This document shows positions 9,356 to 17,137 of a stretch of 44,955 nucleotides of DNA, piece by piece. This stretch comes from a virus (Duplodnaviria > Caudoviricetes), in IMG/VR virus record IMGVR_UViG_3300040971_000022, positions 1-44,955 of that record. The stretch is one strand, 5' to 3'. The first letter of the stretch is position 1. Each line of letters starts with the position of its first letter. The translations under genes were made by a program, and so were the position numbers. Under the pieces are notes generated by a model. That model had not been told where the DNA came from. It searched no databases and saw nothing but the letters and a program-made list of their open reading frames with translations.

Positions 9356-12300
9356 TTATCTAGTATTTATAGGTGTATAATTAGTAATTATATCAAACAC
9401 TTTAATAGTTTCATTACTAGATGTATTAAAAGTTAATTCTGTTTTAAGGTGATTATCATAGAGTCTTTTACCTGTAGTATCCCTTAAAGTATTTATTATG
9501 TAGTTTCTAGATCTTAATCTACTATTAGTGCTAAAATTTAAAGTATTGGAATTTTGATACCTATTAGAAAACTTAATGGTATCAAATACGCCTGTAGATG
9601 TAAGCCCAAATGTAAGACTATCAAATCTATTTACTATTAAATTATTAGGATTACTATACATACGCAGAGTACAATTCTTTCTAGTATTTTCCTCATCTAA
9701 CCTTTTACCTGTATTAGTCGGAGTAATTATAAATGTTTTATTCCCTATTTTAGAGTATTTATTGAAAGCTTCATATGTAAAGGTCACGAACCCATTTACA
9801 TACTCATTAAATATAACAGTTTCATCTTCTATATAAAACCAAAGTTCATTGAAGTTTTGATTATATAATACAGAAGAAGTTGTAAAATCTTTCCCATCTG
9901 CCCAGCTTCTTATACCTTTTATATCTGATAGAAATTCTACATTCTGACCTAATCTGCATAATTTTTTATTATACGCATCTACATAATAAAGCCCAGCTGT
10001 AGAACTAGCTATAGCATTAATATTATTACATCCACTATCAGTAGTAATATAGTCATATCTATCCATAACTCCTCCCACACCTAATACTGTAGAAGCACCG
10101 CTCTGCCCACTTACAACTTCTCTTTCTTGTACAGCTATAACTCCTATACCTTTAGGTTGGAAATAGAATAGTTTATCTTTAAAGTTTACAAGTTTAGTAA
10201 TACCTCCATATTTAGTATCTACATCTAATTGGTTGTTGATGGGAAATTTTGTCCAAGTATCAGATATTTCACCATTAAACTTTTTACTTGTTCTGTATAT
10301 TCTAGTATCTACACTATTGTTTTCATCTAAATCTGAAGGTTTAATAAAGAATACTTTGGATTTATCCATTATATTATATACAGGATTAGATACATATAAG
10401 TCATAATCTTGTTCATAAAACTCTGCAGTTCCTCCTGCAGGTGTACCTGCTTGATGTACTCCAGCAGTTTCCCACATAGCATTGTAGGTATAGGATCCAG
10501 TGAAAGCTCCTCTAACACCTAATGCACCTAATGCAACCTGTACTCCAGAGTCTAATCTGGACCATCTAGGATTAACAGTGTACATTAGATTTATTTTTGT
10601 TTCTACCGGTGCATATAATACCTGATTACATAATCTATTAGATGAATCGGTGGTGTCTACTATAGAAGAATCAGTACTACATAATCCTCTCATATATTCA
10701 AATATACCAATGTAACAATCTCCTCCCCATATAGTTCTTATATTACTATCTACAGCAAATACAGGAGAACAGGGGTAGTATACGGTACTTTTAACAGCAT
10801 CATAACTGTATCCTCCATAAGGTAATCCATAAGACCTTCTTCTAGCATAATATCCTGAGTCATTATCTCCAGGTATACTATCCAACCTTAAAAGTAGGCA
10901 AGTGCCATGTACACATCTATTATCCACATAGGGAATAAGAAATGGATTTAAAGAGTTGGTGATCTGTCTAGTAGTACCTAATACTCCTAAATTAGTATTT
11001 TCCTGCTTTTTAGCAGCTTTAAATTCCATACATTTAGAAGTACCTATCTTATATATATTGGAATCATTAAAATTAGGACTTACCCTATGAATAACTGGAG
11101 AAGCTATACCATTTGCATGTGAAGATACTTTTGTAAACAGGGGTTGTCCTGGCCAGGCTCCATTTTTCTTTAGGTCTACTCTATCGTAACTAACATTATT
11201 GTTTTTATTATATACTGTTTCTGGAGAAATGTATTCAAATATGTTTGGGGCCCTAGTGTTAGATGCAGCAGAAACACTTATTCTATTTTTAAACTTTACT
11301 CTATCACCTGTAGTTGTATTTTCTAACCCACTTAAATACCCGCAATCTTTTACTGTGGCATCTGCATAAGTTCTTTCAGCTCTAACTATTTGCCAACCTA
11401 CTATACCTTGAGTACCTAAATAGGAGACCGCTGCGGGTTTTAATGTGAATCTAATAGGTAAGTCATTAATCTCTCCGCTACCATTTACTATACCATAGTA
11501 TTCACCATCAGAATCATCTAGCATTCTTATATCCCCAATCCATTTTACATAGGAATGTCTTCCATATTTATCGTAGAATACTATACCAAATCTATATATT
11601 TCTCCTCTTTGGTATCCTAATTGGTTTTGTATAGTTATAGGATTAGATAAATCATCATATCCTGTAGTAAATGTTTTTAGCGGGGTAGTTGAACTAGGTG
11701 CATCATCTATAGGTCTGGGGCTGACTACTCCAAACTGATACTCTATGTATTTACCCTCTCCTCCTAAAGTTGTTCCATTTGATTTATATTTAAAATTAAG
11801 GGCTGCTGTGTCAAAAGAATCTAAAATATTATATGGATTAATACAATTATAATTTTTTGGTACATCCCACGTAGTACTGTTTACATTTATATATTCACCC
11901 TTCCACCAATCATAGTCTGGAGTAATCTTATTCCATATAGAGGCTTTTATATCTCCTCCATCATTTCTAAACCTATAAGCTCTAGCATCAAAATCTATAT
12001 CAAAATTAGACTCTTGAATATTACCAGCAAATAAGAAATCATTTTTTACCTCTAAAGTCTTAGCTGCAAAAATATTAGGTATGTATCTAACGTCCTCTAA
12101 TATAAGACTCCCTAGGGTAACTCCTCCACTGTCATTAACAGTTACAGAAGAGGCTGCATCTCCTTCATATATAATTTCTATTTCTGGAATACCTTCTTGA
12201 GTGCTGTAAAATAGTCTAACTACTCTAATTTTACTAAAATTAGTATCTACATTATTGATTATAATACTAATACCTTTACTAGTAGTTTCCCCTAAATCTG

Positions 12301-12988
12301 ACCCCATAAAGTTACCAGAGTTTGCATCAGTTAAAGAGGAAGAAGAAATAGGAATGGGTACAGTAGCAGAAGAGTACCCTGTTTCTGCCCCATTATTATT
12401 AAATAAGCAATAGCTGTACTGATACACACCTGTTTTTAAAGTACCATTAATAATAGCGTTTAGCGATGGAGAAGCTAATTCTACCTCTTGTACAATATTA
12501 AATTCTCTTACATCCTTAGAATTAATACCAGGGTCTGCTAAATTAGCAAACCTAATGGGGTTAGCTGTATTACTATCTGCCCAGTATATTTTCTGTACTG
12601 TAGGAGTTTCATACCTACCGATAACCTGGATATCTGTTCCAAAGTTAAAAAGTTTGCTTATAACTGAAGATGAATAATTTAAAGTAACTGTGTTACCTCC
12701 TAGCAAAGAAGTGTTGGAGATAGAAAATATTCTACCCATTCCATTATTACTATTTCTAGTAAATATAATAGTATTTTCTCTTAAACTTCCTAACCCTACT
12801 ACGGTAAAAAATTTCTCCACATTGACTACTACTTTGGAGTTTTCCATATTAGTAAGAGTACCAGATTCTCCAGAAGTATCTGATATTAACCTCATATCTA
12901 ATGCATATGGATAATGAGTATTATCATATGAATTTATGTTGGTATCTAAATCTAATCCTCCTTGGAAGGTATTTATATGTTTAGCCAT
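9356..12988 (-). CDS. Muzzle protein (tail tubular B / stabilisation-protein-like), 1210 aa
   Basis: N-terminal NTFQGGLDLD, GYQRGEIYRFGIVFYDKYG..SYVKWIGDIR, and C-terminal beta-propeller-like DVDTKYGGITKL...YDYIT motifs; size and position match the crAss muzzle gene. Confidence 0.85.
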   Translation of the reverse strand: MAKHINTFQGGLDLDTNINSYDNTHYPYALDMRLISDTSGESGTLTNMENSKVVVNVEKFFTVVGLGSLRENTIIFTRNSNNGMGRIFSISNTSLLGGNTVTLNYSSSVISKLFNFGTDIQVIGRYETPTVQKIYWADSNTANPIRFANLADPGINSKDVREFNIVQEVELASPSLNAIINGTLKTGVYQYSYCLFNNNGAETGYSSATVPIPISSSSLTDANSGNFMGSDLGETTSKGISIIINNVDTNFSKIRVVRLFYSTQEGIPEIEIIYEGDAASSVTVNDSGGVTLGSLILEDVRYIPNIFAAKTLEVKNDFLFAGNIQESNFDIDFDARAYRFRNDGGDIKASIWNKITPDYDWWKGEYINVNSTTWDVPKNYNCINPYNILDSFDTAALNFKYKSNGTTLGGEGKYIEYQFGVVSPRPIDDAPSSTTPLKTFTTGYDDLSNPITIQNQLGYQRGEIYRFGIVFYDKYGRHSYVKWIGDIRMLDDSDGEYYGIVNGSGEINDLPIRFTLKPAAVSYLGTQGIVGWQIVRAERTYADATVKDCGYLSGLENTTTGDRVKFKNRISVSAASNTRAPNIFEYISPETVYNKNNNVSYDRVDLKKNGAWPGQPLFTKVSSHANGIASPVIHRVSPNFNDSNIYKIGTSKCMEFKAAKKQENTNLGVLGTTRQITNSLNPFLIPYVDNRCVHGTCLLLRLDSIPGDNDSGYYARRRSYGLPYGGYSYDAVKSTVYYPCSPVFAVDSNIRTIWGGDCYIGIFEYMRGLCSTDSSIVDTTDSSNRLCNQVLYAPVETKINLMYTVNPRWSRLDSGVQVALGALGVRGAFTGSYTYNAMWETAGVHQAGTPAGGTAEFYEQDYDLYVSNPVYNIMDKSKVFFIKPSDLDENNSVDTRIYRTSKKFNGEISDTWTKFPINNQLDVDTKYGGITKLVNFKDKLFYFQPKGIGVIAVQEREVVSGQSGASTVLGVGGVMDRYDYITTDSGCNNINAIASSTAGLYYVDAYNKKLCRLGQNVEFLSDIKGIRSWADGKDFTTSSVLYNQNFNELWFYIEDETVIFNEYVNGFVTFTYEAFNKYSKIGNKTFIITPTNTGKRLDEENTRKNCTLRMYSNPNNLIVNRFDSLTFGLTSTGVFDTIKFSNRYQNSNTLNFSTNSRLRSRNYIINTLRDTTGKRLYDNHLKTELTFNTSSNETIKVFDIITNYTPINTR

Positions 12989-12998
12989 AGCCCTTTAA

Positions 12999-13811
12999 TT
13001 ATTTTAGTCTTTCTCTTTCTCCTAAATATTTAAACCCTGTATTAAATTGTTCTGGTTTAGGTATTAATCTTGTCTGCATTCTCCTTATAAATTCCATCAT
13101 AGATTTATCTGGCATTAAAAGTTTATTTCTAGCTGCTCCCTGAGACCAGTAGGACTCTGTTCTTACAAATTCAAATTTATCTCTACTGAGTCTGTCAGTC
13201 ATATATAGTCCTATAGCTACTCTATAGGCTATAAAATCTACTAAAAAATCTATTACTTTGGAATCATCTGGTATTTTAGGAGTATTATCATCCCATATAG
13301 GAAAAGCCTTGTAGGCCATTTCTATAGTACAATTAGGTACCTCACACCAAAGTATTCCATCTTTTATCTGGAACCCTATAGAATCTCCTGGATTTAGACC
13401 AGAGCTTTCAGGATAGTTCTCTATATAAGCGTAATTAACTTCTAAATCAGCTTCTGAATTAGGTACTTCTGGACTAAATCCTGTTACGGTATACCCAGCA
13501 ACATATGTTTTAGATGTAGTTGGGTTAGTTAAATTACCATCTATAAATATATCTTTAGAGGGTATTAGAGGTATTTGGCTTTCTTTCTCTCTCATAGCTT
13601 CTAAACTAATAAGATTACTAGGCATTATACCTCTGTAATTTTCTATAACCACCTCACAAGCAGCATCTTCTAAAATGTCTGAAACCCCCAAATTATTGAG
13701 GGCTAACCAGGCATTTTCCATAGCAGAATCTTTAGGAACATCTTCAAACTTAAATCTGTCCTTAACCTTCTCTATGATTTCATCTATGTGTGTATAATTT
13801 TTATAAAACAT
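12999..13811 (-). CDS. Tail ring / head-tail adaptor protein (R1-like), 270 aa
   Basis: IENYRGIMP and YKAFPIWDDNTPKIPD motifs; immediately upstream of the muzzle as in crAss phages. Confidence 0.7.
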   Translation of the reverse strand: MFYKNYTHIDEIIEKVKDRFKFEDVPKDSAMENAWLALNNLGVSDILEDAACEVVIENYRGIMPSNLISLEAMREKESQIPLIPSKDIFIDGNLTNPTTSKTYVAGYTVTGFSPEVPNSEADLEVNYAYIENYPESSGLNPGDSIGFQIKDGILWCEVPNCTIEMAYKAFPIWDDNTPKIPDDSKVIDFLVDFIAYRVAIGLYMTDRLSRDKFEFVRTESYWSQGAARNKLLMPDKSMMEFIRRMQTRLIPKPEQFNTGFKYLGERERLK

Positions 13812-14068
13812 TAGTCTTGAAAGATTGGAGGGTTAAAAAAGTCTTTTACATTATCTTCTGTAACTTCAGGCTCCATATCAGCTAAAGGATTTTCTTTAGA
13901 GTAAAACTTCTTTCTTTTAGGTTCTTCATACTTTTCAGGATCTGAGTTTTTATACTCACAGAAGATTACAATAAACCCATTATCTATTTCTTCTACCCTT
14001 ACAGATTTAGTACTTTCTGGAGTACTTACTTCTTTTGACCAGCATTTATAATCATTCATAATACTCAA
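13811..14068 (-). CDS. Hypothetical protein, 85 aa
   Basis: ORF overlapping both neighbours by a few bases in a coupled operon. Confidence 0.7.
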   Translation of the reverse strand: MSIMNDYKCWSKEVSTPESTKSVRVEEIDNGFIVIFCEYKNSDPEKYEEPKRKKFYSKENPLADMEPEVTEDNVKDFFNPPIFQD

Positions 14069-14576
14069 TTTTTTTAGTTGTTTTTATTTTACTAGTTAGC
14101 ATTTTCTTCCACTTCCTATTCATATGTATTCTATAAACTCCCTTATTTTTAAAATTAGAAGTTTGTTTATCCCAATGCCAGTGAAGAACTTTACCGTCTG
14201 TATGTTCATTAAGGAAGTATACCTTTTCCTTATTAGGTATAGCTTTTATTTCTTCAGGAGTAAGTCCAGGATATTGTTCTTTCCATAACTTTTTAGTGGC
14301 TCCCCAATCTGGAATAAGCTTGAGTGTTCCATCCTTTTTCAGTCTTACAGAATCTCCTCCTATCTTTATTCTTATAGACCCTAATCTATAAGGCATATAA
14401 AATTCTGAATTTTCAAATATTACCATTTGGAGTCTAAGTTCTATAAATCTTTTCCAGATAGAAATAAATTTACTATATTCCAGAGGATTTGGCTTACACC
14501 TTTCTTTGTAGAAATTATACATATCTCTACTAGAAGTATCTGCTAATAATGCTCTCTTGCCTCTTTTAAAATACAT
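14052..14576 (-). CDS. IHF/HU-like basic DNA-binding protein of the tail module, 174 aa
   Basis: FYMPYRLGSIRI (HU/IHF arm-like), DWGATKKLW and FLNEHTDG motifs; position between two ring genes as in crAss phages. Confidence 0.7.
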   Translation of the reverse strand: MYFKRGKRALLADTSSRDMYNFYKERCKPNPLEYSKFISIWKRFIELRLQMVIFENSEFYMPYRLGSIRIKIGGDSVRLKKDGTLKLIPDWGATKKLWKEQYPGLTPEEIKAIPNKEKVYFLNEHTDGKVLHWHWDKQTSNFKNKGVYRIHMNRKWKKMLTSKIKTTKKIEYYE

Positions 14577-14580
14577 ACCA

Positions 14581-15321
14581 CTACCTCCTGTTCATTGGAT
14601 TTTGCACACTTTGTACGCCTGCTTCTGGTGCTGGATTAGCTACATTATCAATACTGTTAGACTCTTTATCATCCATAGGAACCATGATAATTCTAAAGTT
14701 TTCTTGCACAATAATATTTTTCATATCATTTACAAGATTATCACTTATTGGAAATTCCATATCCCAATCATATGTATCCTCTCCATTTTTAAACTCATAG
14801 GCTTCTATAGGATTTTCAAATATACCTTTTACTCTAATATATTTTAACTGCTTATGTAGTCTATCCTTACTAAATAGACAAAGTTTTTGTCCATCTAGAG
14901 CAGCATATATTTGAGATTTATTAAACTTTCCATTACCACTAGTAAGAGCTGTTTCATAAGAAACTAATCTAAAATTTTCTTCTAGATTATCTGCTGGGGC
15001 TATTCTAGTAAATCCTCCAGGCTCTCCTTTAGAATGTATAGTCCAAGGTATATCTTTTACAGTTCTCAATATATACTTACCAGAAGCTATTGTAGGGTAT
15101 GCAGAGCTGTCTACAGGCTCTAACTCTATATATCCTAAGTCTTGTACCCAGTGCTCATCTGGTATCCTCATATGGGCATCTAAACGCTGTTTAATCAACT
15201 TTGCTCTAGTAGCCTGTACCCAAGCATAAAAAAGTCTCTCCTCATATGAATCTGTTACTTTATGTGAGGCTCTGTATAATTCTAGAAGCTCCCATACCAA
15301 CATATTTAAACTTCTTACCAT
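14581..15321 (-). CDS. Tail ring protein (R2-like), 246 aa
   Basis: RAKLIKQ, QDLGYIELEPVD, LRTVKDIP, VKGIFENP and EFPI motifs characteristic of crAss ring proteins. Confidence 0.75.
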   Translation of the reverse strand: MVRSLNMLVWELLELYRASHKVTDSYEERLFYAWVQATRAKLIKQRLDAHMRIPDEHWVQDLGYIELEPVDSSAYPTIASGKYILRTVKDIPWTIHSKGEPGGFTRIAPADNLEENFRLVSYETALTSGNGKFNKSQIYAALDGQKLCLFSKDRLHKQLKYIRVKGIFENPIEAYEFKNGEDTYDWDMEFPISDNLVNDMKNIIVQENFRIIMVPMDDKESNSIDNVANPAPEAGVQSVQNPMNRR

Positions 15322-15875
15322 AACTCATCTATTTTATAACCTACTCCTAAAGATATAGTCTTATCATTAAGGTTGTAAGTTCCTTTATACACAAATTTAT
15401 CTCTACTATGAATAATTCCTAAACTTAAACTGTTAAAGTTTGTTTCTCCGTATATGTACCAATTATTAGGAATAATAGTTTCTGTAATAGTAATGGTTTT
15501 CTCAAACTTCTTATAATCCCACACAATGTTTAAACTGTCTAGCCTATTCTGAGTTACTCTGCCTTCCACTTTAACATTTACCACACTGTCTCCAGAAGTC
15601 TCCTCATAGTTTCTTACAGTATTATATTCCGTATGTAATGCAAGATATAATCTTGTAATCTCCGCACTATCTGCTGGAAGATATACAGTATCTCCTGGAA
15701 GATACTCTTTTACAGGGTAGGGTTTGGGAATAAGGCTGTCTTTATAAATAGTAGTATCCCTATACTCTACACTAGTCCGCACATCTACTTCTACTCTAGG
15801 AAAAAACTTTCTAGTTCCTAGAAATATTAATACCATTAACCCCAGTACTGCTACTATTTGTAAGATAGTCTTCAT
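15315..15875 (-). CDS. Putative spanin-like lysis protein, 186 aa
   Basis: N-terminal TM helix, DTT/DTV-rich linker and C-terminal amphipathic beta strands; follows the amidase and holin. Confidence 0.55.
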   Translation of the reverse strand: MKTILQIVAVLGLMVLIFLGTRKFFPRVEVDVRTSVEYRDTTIYKDSLIPKPYPVKEYLPGDTVYLPADSAEITRLYLALHTEYNTVRNYEETSGDSVVNVKVEGRVTQNRLDSLNIVWDYKKFEKTITITETIIPNNWYIYGETNFNSLSLGIIHSRDKFVYKGTYNLNDKTISLGVGYKIDELW

Positions 15876-16073
15876 TTACTTTTTCCAAATTTCTGTTATA
15901 CTATCCCCACTAAGTAATCCTGCTCCTATACCTATTGTAGAAATACATACCCCATCATCTACAACCTTAAAGAAAGCCATTATTACTCCAGAAAGAATTA
16001 GGAAGAATCCCCCTACTCTTTTAGAACTCATCATATTAGATGAATCTACAAATATTTCTTTAAACCAATTCAT
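15876..16073 (-). CDS. Putative holin, 65 aa, two TM segments
   Basis: SSKRV followed by two hydrophobic segments and a basic C-terminus; adjacent to the amidase. Confidence 0.65.
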   Translation of the reverse strand: MNWFKEIFVDSSNMMSSKRVGGFFLILSGVIMAFFKVVDDGVCISTIGIGAGLLSGDSITEIWKK

Positions 16074-16695
16074 ATGTTATATTTTTATCAAACTCAATTT
16101 TTACTGCTGCTCTTATATGCGCTAAAGCTATTTGATTTCTCCAATAAGTATCCAACATTTTTTTACACTCCTCTTCATTAGTATAGAATCCAGATTCTGT
16201 AATAACACTTGGACAATCTGTTCTTCTCAGCATCCAGTAATCTAGGTCTTTGTTTAGTTTAGTTTTACTATTATACCTCATATTCCAACCTAACTTAGCC
16301 AGTTCTTGTAAAGTAATATCAGCTATAGTATCACATACTGTAAGTCCTACAGTAGTAAAAGCTTCTATACCATTTACTTTCTCTTCTTTGTAGGCATTAC
16401 CGTGTATACTATATAAATATACAAAGTAATCTTTTTTATACTTATGGTATAAAGTATTAGTTAAGTTACCCCTTTCGGGTAAAGGAATATCTTTATCCGT
16501 AGTTATTAACTTAATATTAGCAATTCTAGAAGCTGTTAAGTATTGAGATATTTTATCTACTATATATCTATTAAATTCCCACTCAAAGAGTTGAGTCCCA
16601 TCTTTCCAGACAGGACTTCTCTTTCCAGGAGTATCTACTCCATGGCCAGCATCTAAAATAACTAGACTTCTACTTTTTGCTAGGTTTAGTAACAT
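16060..16695 (-). CDS. Endolysin, N-acetylmuramoyl-L-alanine amidase (Amidase_3)
   Basis: ILDAGHG, E(WEFN), SIHGNA and ITESGFYTN zinc-amidase motifs. Start placed at ATG 16695 (MLLNLAK) rather than 16740 to minimise overlap. Confidence 0.9.
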   Translation of the reverse strand: MLLNLAKSRSLVILDAGHGVDTPGKRSPVWKDGTQLFEWEFNRYIVDKISQYLTASRIANIKLITTDKDIPLPERGNLTNTLYHKYKKDYFVYLYSIHGNAYKEEKVNGIEAFTTVGLTVCDTIADITLQELAKLGWNMRYNSKTKLNKDLDYWMLRRTDCPSVITESGFYTNEEECKKMLDTYWRNQIALAHIRAAVKIEFDKNITYELV

Positions 16696-16891
16696 CTTTC
16701 TCTTCAGTTTCTGGAGATACTTCTTTAAACATCTCTTCATAAATATACTGAAGTTCTGCTAGTTGCCCTCCAAGTGAATTAACTCTTGCTTTAGCTGCTT
16801 CTAGTGTTTTCTCAATGTTGAGTACTTCTTTAGCCTGTTTAGTATACTCATCATTAATCTCTTTAAACCTTTTTTCCAACTTTTCTTTCAT
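16670..16891 (-). CDS. Small coiled-coil protein, 73 aa
   Basis: Heptad-rich ORF directly downstream of a consensus promoter. Confidence 0.7.
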   Translation of the reverse strand: MKEKLEKRFKEINDEYTKQAKEVLNIEKTLEAAKARVNSLGGQLAELQYIYEEMFKEVSPETEEKDVTKPSKK

Positions 16892-16913
16892 AATATAGTT
16901 ATTAGTTAATTTA

Positions 16914-16945
16914 CAAATTTAAAACATATCTGGCTAATATCCAAA
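16914..16945 (-). promoter_or_regulatory. Bacteroidota-type promoter for the lysis/tail operon
   Basis: TTTG (16945-16942) - 20 nt - TAAATTTG (16921-16914), intergenic. Confidence 0.75.
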
Positions 16946-16956
16946 TTAAGTATAGT

Positions 16957-17127
16957 TTATTTTATTTCAGGTAATTCTTCTCCCCATTTTCCTCTGGGGC
17001 ATTTTCCAAATTTACTATTAAGAATATTCTTAAAACAACTCATACATTTTGTATATTCGCACTTACTATTTTTTAGATGTGGACATTTAAAACATATGGC
17101 CATTTTCTCTCCTATATTTAAGCTCAT
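16957..17127 (-). CDS. Small Cys-rich protein, 56 aa (not in ORF track)
   Basis: Manual translation MSLNIGEKMAICFKCPHLKNSKCEYTKCMSCFKNILNSKFGKCPRGKWGEELPEIK; CxxC...C...CxxC...CPxGKW pattern (recalls DUF6171); fills the gap after the fibre gene. Confidence 0.75.
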   Translation of the reverse strand: MSLNIGEKMAICFKCPHLKNSKCEYTKCMSCFKNILNSKFGKCPRGKWGEELPEIK

Positions 17128-17137
17128 AATTTAGTTT

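Noticed and set aside
16696-16740. Upstream start of the amidase at 16740 (likewise 22598 for the 503-aa fibre)
   Set aside because: These starts create longer overlaps with upstream genes; downstream ATGs at 16695 and 22559 fit better.
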